Of a stretch of 60,137 nucleotides of DNA, positions 37,334 through 46,266 are shown in pieces. Position 1 is the first letter of the stretch; the number at the start of each line of letters is the position of its first letter. This DNA comes from a virus (taxonomy: Duplodnaviria > Caudoviricetes): IMG/VR virus record IMGVR_UViG_3300010291_000001, positions 1 to 60,137 of that record; one strand, 5' to 3'. Under the pieces are notes generated by a model. That model saw nothing but the letters and a program-made list of their open reading frames with translations. It searched no databases and had not been told where the DNA came from. The position numbers and the translations under genes are program-made.

Positions 37334-37825
37334 TCATTGTCCGGCAGCCAAAGGCGACCATATTGTCGCCATCGACCTGGTCTTTTCGTCCATCAGTATG
37401 CTTTCCCAGACTCCAATCTCAAGCCTTGAGACCTCGTCTGAATGGACAAAAGACGGCACCGCCCCGGACATTTCGTATGCGGGCACCACGCGGTTGATTA
37501 TCGCGGTAGACCCGCAGAAAAGGATGCCAGGCGACTTATTCAATTTGATGTCGGTGTACTCGCCGAGAGATCTGGCCATTGTCAGGTATATCATCCTCTC
37601 GTACGGACCCATCTGGTCGACCAGAAGGTCGAAATCGTACGGGACAAGCTCGAACGACTCTATGGTTACGGCGCACCTGGTGAATATCGCGATGCCCGCC
37701 GTCATCTTTTTCGCGACTATGGCGCAGTCGCTGGCGACGGTAAATGGTTTGTCGGCTTTTATTTCGTCGGCGACTATTGCCTCGTCATTATGAAACTTTA
37801 CAAGTCCCTTACACTCGTCCATCAA
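37334..37825 (-). CDS. Hypothetical protein
   Basis: AAGGAG RBS, within the operon. Confidence 0.55.
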   Translation of the reverse strand: MMDECKGLVKFHNDEAIVADEIKADKPFTVASDCAIVAKKMTAGIAIFTRCAVTIESFELVPYDFDLLVDQMGPYERMIYLTMARSLGEYTDIKLNKSPGILFCGSTAIINRVVPAYEMSGAVPSFVHSDEVSRLEIGVWESILMDEKTRSMATIWSPLAAGQ

Positions 37826-38531
37826 GAAACTCCTTTACTTCAAGGTCAACACCGAATATCTGTGCCACGTATCTATACATATTATAGATCTCGCTGCTTA
37901 TTATCGCTCCTGCCGATCGCAGCTCCGGCTCGAGATACAGCTTTTTTGCCGTCGGCGCGTGCTGGCAGCCGTCCAGCGTTGTCTCCACCGGTGCCTCAAG
38001 GAGAATTCTTGTATGTGTCAGCGAGTACATGCTGTTCAACAAGGCAATCCTGCGTTTTCTTTTTGGTATTGACACGGCCCCGCATATGCCGGCCGGCATT
38101 TTGATGATAATGACAATGTAGCCTTTGTTGTTCATTTGCTTTATAAATTCACCGACCCTGCCGGTCGGCTCTATGTTCGGATATGGAAACACCGCCGCCT
38201 TCGGCGGCAGAAGCTCTCTCATCTGAGACACTATGTGTTCAAGATACAACAAGTACCGTCGCTCGTCCTGGCTGGGCGGGTCTTTCAAAAAAACAATCCT
38301 TGACAGATTTTTACTGAACGGGTGATACATTGATGATAACGGCAGCTCGAGCGCCTTGGCATATAATACGGCGTCGTCGTCTGTTGGTACGTACTTGCCG
38401 TCGGGGCCGATGAGGTCTCTTGTCTTCCATGCTGGAATTCCAACTCCCACCCCGCGAGCCACCACGTTGGCGTGGCCAAGATAGTCGCTGAATTTTTTGA
38501 TGTTTTCTTTAATAACCATGCTAAGACACAT
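37809..38531 (-). CDS. Degenerate XRE-HTH/ImmA-IrrE-like protein
   Basis: YAKALELPLSSM (HTH end); G....RIALLNS..S.THTRILLE where HExxH would be expected. Confidence 0.4.
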   Translation of the reverse strand: MCLSMVIKENIKKFSDYLGHANVVARGVGVGIPAWKTRDLIGPDGKYVPTDDDAVLYAKALELPLSSMYHPFSKNLSRIVFLKDPPSQDERRYLLYLEHIVSQMRELLPPKAAVFPYPNIEPTGRVGEFIKQMNNKGYIVIIIKMPAGICGAVSIPKRKRRIALLNSMYSLTHTRILLEAPVETTLDGCQHAPTAKKLYLEPELRSAGAIISSEIYNMYRYVAQIFGVDLEVKEFLDGRV

Positions 38532-39117
38532 GTTTTGCCTCCAATATCTTGGCCGCCTTTCGGGCGACTATGGTCCAGCTGTCGCCCAACTCCTCGTGCA
38601 GGTAGTAATGTCCCAACACTCGCTGCTCCGTGTCGTCCGCCCCGTACACTTTATTATATCCACATACCATGAGCCTCGGCGGCTCATCATCAAAAATTCG
38701 CACCCAAACCTCGACTTCCGCTGCAGCAAACTCTCTTACCGCGTACATCTTTTTCGGTAATTCCGGTTGAGGATGGGGGTCCGTGGGGGCGTGTAGGTGG
38801 GCGGCAACAACCAGTACGTATTTATTGCGCAGCCTGTCATACCTCATTTCGACCACCATGGTTTTGATCAGGTCTTCGCCGACATTCCGGCCCAGCGTCC
38901 CGATGGCCAGGCTGTTGTCCCGGGTGGTCCCATCATAAAAGGCGCGGGTGTACGTACGATATCCACCGTCTTCCAGGCCGTGGACAGTGTACAGCTTGCC
39001 CTGCTTGCCAATCTTAAGCTTGTTTCCCATCACTATCATTGAGTACGGCGCAGTGCACCTGAAGGTTTCCTTCAGGATTGCTCCAATCGTCGGCTTGTGG
39101 TTTGTTACGAATTTCAT
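38521..39117 (-). CDS. Hypothetical protein
   Basis: GGAGG RBS. Confidence 0.6.
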   Translation of the reverse strand: MKFVTNHKPTIGAILKETFRCTAPYSMIVMGNKLKIGKQGKLYTVHGLEDGGYRTYTRAFYDGTTRDNSLAIGTLGRNVGEDLIKTMVVEMRYDRLRNKYVLVVAAHLHAPTDPHPQPELPKKMYAVREFAAAEVEVWVRIFDDEPPRLMVCGYNKVYGADDTEQRVLGHYYLHEELGDSWTIVARKAAKILEAKHVS

Positions 39118-39133
39118 CCGTTGCCTCCCATGT

Positions 39134-39164
39134 AAAAATAGGGGGGGGCGCCGTCGCCCCCCCC
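39134..39164 (-). terminator. Intrinsic terminator
   Basis: G8CG/CGC8 stem followed by TATTTTT on the minus strand. Confidence 0.7.
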
Positions 39165-39178
39165 CCTCCAGAATCCGC

Positions 39179-39616
39179 CTACTTCACCTGTTGCGGGGCG
39201 GCCAGCACCTTATAGTACTGACCAACCGTCTCCACGATGTCGGCAGGCAGCCCCTCCCGCAGGAAGAACTTGCCGCCGATCACCGTACCCGCGGGCATGG
39301 TTATCATCGAGCCCGCGCAGCGCTCGACGTACCATGCTGCCTGGCCCAGCCGGTGCTTGGGCTGGACCAGGATCATCCGGAAGGTGGGATGCACGCCCAC
39401 CCATTTTTCGCGGGTGGGCTGCTCGGACTGAAGGTGCCTTACCCTCAGTCCTTCTCCGTACCCCGTTAAAACCACGCCCTCTGGGATAAAGAGGGCGATT
39501 CGCGGACCCAGCGGCGGGATCTCTACCGTACTGAGTCCGCCCTCGCCTCCCTGGGGGAGGCGAATATTGGCGACGACGGGCCCGTCGTCGCTGATAACTC
39601 CAAAGCGCAGAAACAT
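39179..39616 (-). CDS. Hypothetical protein
   Basis: AAGGAG RBS, followed by a terminator. Confidence 0.6.
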   Translation of the reverse strand: MFLRFGVISDDGPVVANIRLPQGGEGGLSTVEIPPLGPRIALFIPEGVVLTGYGEGLRVRHLQSEQPTREKWVGVHPTFRMILVQPKHRLGQAAWYVERCAGSMITMPAGTVIGGKFFLREGLPADIVETVGQYYKVLAAPQQVK

Positions 39617-39636
39617 GTTGTTCTCCTTTCGCGTTA

Positions 39637-39996
39637 CTATAGGACTTCGCCGTATGTCTTTGCGACGATGTCCCCCACAATCGCCGACGACTCTGAAGTC
39701 ACCAATCTTTGCAGGTTCTCGGTGCGGTACACGGTATACCGCACCAGGCGGGCTCCCGCCTTTTCCATGTCCTTTTCAGTCCATTCGGCACCCCTTGGGG
39801 GGGTGTCGAATTCGATGGCGTAGATCGTTTTCGCTTCCGCCGCTAGGTGTAGCGGCAGATTGCCGATAACGTGCTTATTTTTCACGCTTTCGGCATCAGC
39901 GTGCGCCAACACCGGCGCCCCCCCAAATTGGGGGTAATGCGCTTTGATCCACTTTACCGCACCTTCGTGACGCGACACAATGACATGACCTTGCAT
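39637..39996 (-). CDS. csx16: Csx16 (Cas_VVA1548) family protein, putative ring nuclease
   Basis: VSRH.GA..W, H.D, VIGNLPLHLAAE, P..RG.E.T..DM...GA.L..Y.V signature. Confidence 0.85.
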   Translation of the reverse strand: MQGHVIVSRHEGAVKWIKAHYPQFGGAPVLAHADAESVKNKHVIGNLPLHLAAEAKTIYAIEFDTPPRGAEWTEKDMEKAGARLVRYTVYRTENLQRLVTSESSAIVGDIVAKTYGEVL

Positions 39997-40059
39997 CTCT
40001 CTCTCCTCTCACGTATCATGGTGCCACCACCACGGAACCGCTCCATGGTAAAGGCACCT

Positions 40060-40422
40060 TCATTTTTTCACAGGAGCGAACAGCACCCCGATCGCGGCCC
40101 GGGATTCCGGCGTCAGTCTTATAGCCCCCTTGTCGTCCTTCTCTATTACCAGTATCGGGGCCTGTACGGCCGGCGCGCGCAAGTCGGTCTTCTTGTCGGC
40201 CTCCGGCTTGACACCGGTCAGCCGATAATAGATCTCGAGCATAAGCGACTTCTTGAAGCTGTTTACTTCTTCGTCGTCGCTCATAACCCCGGACATCAAT
40301 CCGTACAACTGTGTCAGTTGTGCCAGCGAGTGCCTGTTGGCGTTTACCCGGATGATTATTTTTTTATCCAGGCATGTAAGCTCGCCGGGGGTTGCCATCT
40401 TAAGGTCGGCTATCCCCTGCAC
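40060..40422 (-). CDS. Possible tail assembly chaperone, frameshift extension
   Basis: No clear RBS; frame is open back across the upstream gene stop in the -1 phase. Confidence 0.4.
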   Translation of the reverse strand: MQGIADLKMATPGELTCLDKKIIIRVNANRHSLAQLTQLYGLMSGVMSDDEEVNSFKKSLMLEIYYRLTGVKPEADKKTDLRAPAVQAPILVIEKDDKGAIRLTPESRAAIGVLFAPVKK

Positions 40423-40430
40423 ATACGGGT

Positions 40431-40796
40431 TTACGAAAAATCCGGGCTGGCACTGCCTATTTTCTCCATGATGACGTCACTCAGAACAAGATAGACGTTG
40501 ATAATATAAGTGCCGAGCTCAGAAACGCAGCCCGTAAGCATTTTCAGACGCTCTTCCTCGGGCAGCTCTTCGCCGTTCTTTTTTATTATCGGGACAACGT
40601 CGACGGGCCTGACGCCGCGATCCGGCACACCCTTCATCGTTCGTATCGTGAACTCAAGCTTATTCGATCCTACGGTTACGGCGTACACATGCTCGGCGTA
40701 ACCACGCTCAAACACGACCGCAAGATCGATCTTGGCTTCCAGCTCCTTGCGGAGCTTCTCGAGTTTATCCGAGAACGTCGTTCTGTTGTCTGGCAT
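40431..40796 (-). CDS. Possible tail assembly chaperone
   Basis: 121 aa ending ...PDFS* at G GAT TTT TCG TAA. Confidence 0.45.
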   Translation of the reverse strand: MPDNRTTFSDKLEKLRKELEAKIDLAVVFERGYAEHVYAVTVGSNKLEFTIRTMKGVPDRGVRPVDVVPIIKKNGEELPEEERLKMLTGCVSELGTYIINVYLVLSDVIMEKIGSASPDFS

Positions 40797-40811
40797 TTCT
40801 GGCGTCTCCTT

Positions 40812-41054
40812 TTAGTCCGGTTTTATCCCGTTTAGCATACATGAAATTGCGTTGGCGGTGCTTTTTCTGGCTTTCCGCTCCTGAGCCAGACACTCCAAGA
40901 TCATATTGATCTGCCCGCGCATATATTCCGTCATATCCAGTTCGCCGGCGTCTTCGTCGGGGCGCTCGACGTCCCCGTCGTACTGAAGGCCCAGCGCTTG
41001 CGCGGCATCAGCCACGCCGGCAGTGTAGCTTGCAAGGCTTTTCTTGGCCATCAA
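40812..41054 (-). CDS. Hypothetical protein
   Basis: Coupled small ORF. Confidence 0.55.
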   Translation of the reverse strand: MMAKKSLASYTAGVADAAQALGLQYDGDVERPDEDAGELDMTEYMRGQINMILECLAQERKARKSTANAISCMLNGIKPD

Positions 41055-41917
41055 AGGAATCCCTTTTTGATGCCCTCAGGCTGAACCGGACCACCGGCTA
41101 CGTCGGTGAATATATCCGGAACAGTCTTCTCAAGCTCGCCCGTGTTGATATTGAACAGTGTCCAGGCGTTCATGTACGAAACATAGTACGCCCTTATTCC
41201 GTCTCTTTCGATGAACCCGCCGCCCGCAATAACACTTGTCGGCGATATCGCCTTATCCCCATGCCGGTTTTCGTGAAACACCGCATCCCTGAACGACTTG
41301 GGCGCGGCTATGAATCTCGAGTCCTGGATGTCGTCCTGGGTGTACGTAATCGGCGACTGCATCATAACAGCAATCACCTCTTCCTGGGAGTCGCCCTTCT
41401 GCTCGTTGGCGAACGCCACCCTGGTGATCGTGTCCCCAGGTGCATTGTATGTGCCGGCAAACAGGAACCCGAACTTGTCGATTTTCGTCATCATCGCAAA
41501 TTCGAGCATCAACATATTCATGGGGCCGGTTACGCCATAGCTCTTCACCGGGACAATCATGTCCCTGAACACGTCAATACCGAATTTTTGCTTCCATTCG
41601 GCCTTTGTGGCGTCACTGTCGTCCGGGTTTATTAATATTTCGTACCCGTGCAGGGGCTTCTCAAACACGGCAAGCCCGCTCGAGAGTATCTCGATATCAT
41701 CCTGGACCCGGTTGTCTTTATCGACCACGCACGGGGTGCGCTCGACGGTCAGCCACGTGTCTTTTATGGACGGCTGGCTGTACGGTGTCAGCCTCCACAT
41801 CGACCACACTTTGTTCTGCTCGGGGTTTTTCGACTCCAGCGCCAGCATCCCCTGTTTGAATCTTTCCGGCGTGCAGAACTGGGCGATTGAATCATATATT
41901 ACTCTGGTTGTCGGCAT
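41051..41917 (-). CDS. Hypothetical protein
   Basis: About 288 aa, AAGGA RBS. Confidence 0.65.
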   Translation of the reverse strand: MPTTRVIYDSIAQFCTPERFKQGMLALESKNPEQNKVWSMWRLTPYSQPSIKDTWLTVERTPCVVDKDNRVQDDIEILSSGLAVFEKPLHGYEILINPDDSDATKAEWKQKFGIDVFRDMIVPVKSYGVTGPMNMLMLEFAMMTKIDKFGFLFAGTYNAPGDTITRVAFANEQKGDSQEEVIAVMMQSPITYTQDDIQDSRFIAAPKSFRDAVFHENRHGDKAISPTSVIAGGGFIERDGIRAYYVSYMNAWTLFNINTGELEKTVPDIFTDVAGGPVQPEGIKKGFL

Positions 41918-42203
41918 TTGCAGCTTCCTTTGCCTGCTGGCGCTTGCGCCTTTTGCTTCTGTTGATGTAAAATGCCGACGCAAGAAAATGCGCCAGCGAA
42001 TTGAGGGCGCGCGTCCGCTCTCGGGACATCCGCTCCTCTTTATCTTTCCCTGGATAATTCCTGAAACGGAACTCTGTCCTGACGTTTACCTCACGGACGA
42101 TCCTTTGAAACAAATCTTCCGCTGAGCCTATCTCTACGTCCGGAATGTAAAGATTTGGCCTTTCAACACCACTCTTTGTGTCAGCCCTGTCGTCGTCGTT
42201 CAT
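41892..42203 (-). CDS. Basic hypothetical protein
   Basis: AAGGA RBS. Confidence 0.55.
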   Translation of the reverse strand: MNDDDRADTKSGVERPNLYIPDVEIGSAEDLFQRIVREVNVRTEFRFRNYPGKDKEERMSRERTRALNSLAHFLASAFYINRSKRRKRQQAKEAANADNQSNI

Positions 42204-42352
42204 GTTTTCCTTCTTTCGTTCAGTGGCTGGTTGGCGTATCAACAGGACGCGCCGCCGCCACTATTGGCGGCGGGCGCCCAGCCGGCTACGCATCTGCTTC
42301 AATTGTCATATGATGCCGGTATCTTTACGGGCCACGGAGGCCCGTGATGCGA

Positions 42353-42967
42353 CTATGCGATGAACTTGTCAAATTCCATATAGCGTATGATTCTTTTCAG
42401 CGGACCGTCGCGCGGGGACAGCGTAAACACGCTGAATTCGTTTCCGTTGAACAGCTCGGCGTTACCCCCAAACCATTCCAATGCATAATGAAAAAACGGG
42501 CGACAGCCGCGCTTCAGCCCGTCCCCCCAGAAATGACTGTGTTCCGTAGATTCGTAGTGTAGATCTACCCCTATCAATCCAACCACCCCACGGCCGCCAC
42601 ACATCCTATATGCGGCCTCCACGGCGTAAGTCGCCGTATTGCCTGACGCAAAAAAACGTCCATCGAGATGAATCTTGTTTCCGACCTTCCTGTCAATATT
42701 GAAAGCCGAGAACATCTTCATGCCATGGCCGTCTCCTTGCTCTCTTTCGATCTTGTTCCGCAGCGGCTTCCAGAGTATCATCTTCGGGTTATGTTTCAGA
42801 ATAAGCCTGCGCTGCTCCCGGTAAACGTCTTCATCCACTATAAGCAGGTAATCAACAGCAAATCCGAACTCCAGTATCCTGTTCACACCCACCGAGATGG
42901 TCCCGCCGGCTCTTGCGAGATCAACGTCTTGAAGGCTGGGGCTGTTTCCGAGAACCAGTATCTTCAT
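42353..42967 (-). CDS. Maf/DUF115-like (sialyltransferase-fold) glycosyltransferase
   Basis: VLGNSPSL, GVNRI, D, NT...A...A, LIGVDL, HF. Confidence 0.7.
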   Translation of the reverse strand: MKILVLGNSPSLQDVDLARAGGTISVGVNRILEFGFAVDYLLIVDEDVYREQRRLILKHNPKMILWKPLRNKIEREQGDGHGMKMFSAFNIDRKVGNKIHLDGRFFASGNTATYAVEAAYRMCGGRGVVGLIGVDLHYESTEHSHFWGDGLKRGCRPFFHYALEWFGGNAELFNGNEFSVFTLSPRDGPLKRIIRYMEFDKFIA

Positions 42968-43944
42968 AACGGCCCCTTACAAAGGCCGGCGAAGAGCTGT
43001 TTGTGTTTGTATTTCTTTACGTTTTTACCGGTCATCAGTGGTACAAAAAAGCGCTCAAGCAGCGTCTTTGGGTCCCAGTGATTCTGCATCCACGTTCTGG
43101 CCCTTATACCCTCACTCTCAACCCACTCCCCGGTTCTGGCCCCGCTCTTGAGATCACCAAGAACACTTCTAAGGCCCTCCAGGTCGGTAACAAACGAGGG
43201 GAGCGTTCCGCATCCGGTTATTTCACAGATGACCCTGTAAGTCATTTTGTCCACTGCATTTAGGACCATCTGTTCGTGCGACGCGGCCTCGAGCGTTACC
43301 CTGTGGTAAGACCCGGTCACCAGCTCATCGATCACAATATGACATTGCGCTCTTTCCTTGATGACGCTCTCGAAGGGCTGGCGCGTATACAGCGCGTACC
43401 TGACTCCCGACTCCTGGAGTACTTTCAGAGTCTCTTCATGTCCTTTGTTGTTCCATTTGTAGCCTTCCGGCCATTTATTTGTGTTGGACGGCGAAAACCC
43501 GACCGTCAGGTACTCGCCTTTCCTGGCCGGGAGAAACCTTTTATCGTATATGTCGATTATGTTCGGGAAAAGCGCAAACTCGGTATCATCGTACAGCCTG
43601 GGCTGATATTGCGCAACCACGGCTATATCGTCCGCCATGTCGGCCACCTTGCTGCTGACCCGGGATGGCTCCGAGTGACACAACAGCACAACCCTTTTGC
43701 CCTCCAACAGCTGATATACCAGCGGCTTAACCGAGTTGTGTACGAACACCACGTCCGCGTCTTTTATATAATCAATCGCGCCTTGGTCCCCGTACAGCAG
43801 GTCGTGTGGGAACACCCGCCCATCGCCGTACCCGTTGCACTCCTGGATACACCTTGAATTAACTTTGAGATATTTATTCATCGCCTCCGACAGGAAGTAC
43901 GGACTTCCGGCTACCGGCATGTTTGACAGGTGCACTACGTTCAT
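42964..43944 (-). CDS. GT-B fold glycosyltransferase
   Basis: ADVVFVHN, HSEP, SPSN...KG, CHIVIDE..TGSYH...LE. Confidence 0.75.
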   Translation of the reverse strand: MNVVHLSNMPVAGSPYFLSEAMNKYLKVNSRCIQECNGYGDGRVFPHDLLYGDQGAIDYIKDADVVFVHNSVKPLVYQLLEGKRVVLLCHSEPSRVSSKVADMADDIAVVAQYQPRLYDDTEFALFPNIIDIYDKRFLPARKGEYLTVGFSPSNTNKWPEGYKWNNKGHEETLKVLQESGVRYALYTRQPFESVIKERAQCHIVIDELVTGSYHRVTLEAASHEQMVLNAVDKMTYRVICEITGCGTLPSFVTDLEGLRSVLGDLKSGARTGEWVESEGIRARTWMQNHWDPKTLLERFFVPLMTGKNVKKYKHKQLFAGLCKGPL

Positions 43945-43956
43945 ATTGCCTCCGGC

Positions 43957-44283
43957 CTAGTTATGGCGGGCATCGTAAATATCCCGATACTCCGACTCCT
44001 CATAACAGTATTCGTCATAGGGTAAATCATCCATACACGCCATCCTTACTATTACCTCGCAGTACTTCCCGCCGTTCGCCTTCCATATCTGCGCGGAAAG
44101 ATCGCTGGTGTAATCTGCGCCACTCCGGCCGGCGTACAGCCAAACGTTCCCGCACGCGTTTATAGATTCGTCATCAACGGCCAGATCGCCCAGATTGTTC
44201 GCTTTTATTGTTGCCTGGATTTTTTTGCTGTGTTTTTTATTGAACTTCTCTACCGTGACGTCGCAGAGATACAGGGTGCTCAC
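43957..44283 (-). CDS. Hypothetical protein
   Basis: AAGGAG RBS, GTG start. Confidence 0.65.
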   Translation of the reverse strand: MSTLYLCDVTVEKFNKKHSKKIQATIKANNLGDLAVDDESINACGNVWLYAGRSGADYTSDLSAQIWKANGGKYCEVIVRMACMDDLPYDEYCYEESEYRDIYDARHN

Positions 44284-44426
44284 TTGCAGCTCCTTTCATT
44301 GTTTGCCGTCGCCTCCATATCGGCAGCCCGACGGGCCGGCGCGGCCGACCCGCCGGGCGCCCAGAAAGGAGAACTGGCCGGTCATGCCTCCTTAAAGGCC
44401 TAAAGCTCAACAACTATGTTTTATGT

Positions 44427-44453
44427 TTTATGACACGAAATCACGTTATTTTT
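44427..44453 (-). promoter_or_regulatory. Class A promoter-like motif
   Basis: AAAAAT-N11-GTGTCATAAA heading the 44.3-35.8 kb minus-strand block. Confidence 0.6.
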
Positions 44454-44508
44454 CTTTACCCTCTTCGTTTGCTTCTTTCTCAAGCACCGCAGCTCCATCG
44501 ACAAAAGC

Positions 44509-44892
44509 TCATTTTGCCTTGCCTTTCCTTTTTTTGCCGCGGCCTTGGACCGGTGGCTTTTTCTTTTCGCCGGTTAGCCTTTCGACCGCCTTCCTTAGCA
44601 GCGCATTGTTATCCGTCAGGACGGCAATAACTTCGTCCGTACACGCCCGAACAAACCGCATCAAGTCGCCTGCGATTACCGCCTTGTCCGCCCGCTGGTG
44701 CAGAAGCCTCCTGTGGGCGTTACTGATTGCCTGTTCAAGGAAGAGCCCGTAATATCCCGGGTTTTTGGGCGTCACGATTGTCGAGCCGTCCTTGGTCTTG
44801 CTTTCTTTGATTCCATCCGCGACGATCCACCCGCTGCTGTCTCTGCACAGGCAGATCTTCGGGGTTTTGCATATTTCTAAAACAACTTCCAT
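44509..44892 (-). CDS. Hypothetical protein
   Basis: TAATG coupling with the nuclease gene. Confidence 0.6.
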   Translation of the reverse strand: MEVVLEICKTPKICLCRDSSGWIVADGIKESKTKDGSTIVTPKNPGYYGLFLEQAISNAHRRLLHQRADKAVIAGDLMRFVRACTDEVIAVLTDNNALLRKAVERLTGEKKKPPVQGRGKKRKGKAK

Positions 44893-45254
44893 TAACCTCT
44901 CCTTTTCTTTTTGGGGGGCCCGTATATCCGTATTGCGTATTGCGGGTATCTTATTTGAAATAACGCTGCGCGCAACGGTATATCGCGCACCATAAACCCT
45001 TTGTAGTCTTCGACTACCAGCGCCCACCCGTGAACGGTCTTTTCTTCGTAGATGAAATCCGGCGTCCAGTACAGCTTACGCCCGCTGATCGGGTTTACGC
45101 CTATTTCGAACTTGATTTGCCTCTTTAGCCCCCTTATTTCGCCCGCCCTCTCCAATAACTGAAGGTCGTTCCACCGCGCATACTCTCCCGAGCTGTCAAA
45201 CTTCTCGCCGGTAGCGGTAATTACGGGCTTGTTGTGATATTTGAATTTTGGCAT
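44892..45254 (-). CDS. DUF1064-family PD-(D/E)xK nuclease
   Basis: KYHNK, FDS..E..RW..L..LERAGEI..L.RQ..F, PDFIY, VVEDYKG. Confidence 0.85.
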   Translation of the reverse strand: MPKFKYHNKPVITATGEKFDSSGEYARWNDLQLLERAGEIRGLKRQIKFEIGVNPISGRKLYWTPDFIYEEKTVHGWALVVEDYKGFMVRDIPLRAALFQIRYPQYAIRIYGPPKKKRRG

Positions 45255-45298
45255 ATCAGTGACAGATATCCTTCTATCTGCTTCGCTCCTCTCGCTAT

Positions 45299-45308
45299 AA
45301 AATTATAA
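45299..45308 (-). promoter_or_regulatory. Class B (late) promoter motif
   Basis: GGTTATAATTTTATAG upstream of the DUF1064 gene. Confidence 0.7.
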
Positions 45309-45325
45309 CCAATTGACGACGGTCG

Positions 45326-45583
45326 CTATAAACAGCAGTTACTGATAAGTATTTTTATGGCGGCCTTGACACGAGCACTGGGGAGATACCGCCATAGCCA
45401 GATTTCCAGCATCACAGAACCGTCCTTTGAGTATTGCTTGACGCTGGCGATCGCGCTCCTTGCCGTGAAGTCTTGGTCATATATGCAGGGCAGCCCCGCC
45501 ACGAATTGGCCCAGCTCGCGAGTCTGGCGGCTTGGGGATTGCAGGCGATGCCAGCTTGTCTGTTGTGTGCTGTACATATACAT
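45326..45583 (-). CDS. Small orphan, MY-start
   Basis: AGGAG RBS, MYMYS. Confidence 0.45.
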   Translation of the reverse strand: MYMYSTQQTSWHRLQSPSRQTRELGQFVAGLPCIYDQDFTARSAIASVKQYSKDGSVMLEIWLWRYLPSARVKAAIKILISNCCL

Positions 45584-45656
45584 GGCGTTTCGCTCCTAGG
45601 GGGCGCTCCGACCAGAAAGCAATACCCGCTGTCCCGCACCATACACCCTATCGCTC

Positions 45657-45887
45657 CTAGACATAAAAACACGCCCCCCACCTTCCGAAATTCGGGTAAA
45701 GCCATTGCACGGTGAGGCGCAGACCCGGCCTGCTTCCGGTATTTCGGCTGACCATCAGCGCGATACCCATATCAAAAATTTCGCAAAACTCCCGCATCGC
45801 CCGCGCTACAACCTCAGCCTGTGGGCGTCTTTGAGGGAGATTGTCCGCGTTTTCACAACGAACAAGCGCCAAAGAACACACATACAT
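45657..45887 (-). CDS. Small orphan, MY-start
   Basis: AAGGAG RBS, MYVCS...CFYV*. Confidence 0.45.
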   Translation of the reverse strand: MYVCSLALVRCENADNLPQRRPQAEVVARAMREFCEIFDMGIALMVSRNTGSRPGLRLTVQWLYPNFGRWGACFYV

Positions 45888-46012
45888 TGTATCTCCTTTT
45901 TTTTCTAGCAACGCCGACAACCTCAGCCTCAGGGTGTTGCGCCAGGTATGAACGATGGCTGTTACCGTACAATACTCCTCAAATATTGCCGCTATGACAA
46001 GCGCCAAGCGGG

Positions 46013-46258
46013 CTAACCGGACTGCTCATACGACTTCTCCTTTTCCTGTGTTTGAAGTTCTTTGTGTACGCCGTCCCAGTCTATTTCTTCGGTGGTGTCG
46101 GATGTTTTTCGTATGTTCCCGGCTATTATCGATACCAGACGCCCGAATTCCTTGTTTGGCGTTCGGTCGATTTCTTTTGGGTCCCAGGCGAGCTCCCTAT
46201 GAGTCCCGTCCGAGCGCAACCGGAAACACCTTTTAAGCCTGTCAATATCAATGACCAT
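46013..46258 (-). CDS. Hypothetical protein
   Basis: Small ORF within the operon. Confidence 0.45.
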   Translation of the reverse strand: MVIDIDRLKRCFRLRSDGTHRELAWDPKEIDRTPNKEFGRLVSIIAGNIRKTSDTTEEIDWDGVHKELQTQEKEKSYEQSG

Positions 46259-46266
46259 GGCCGCAC

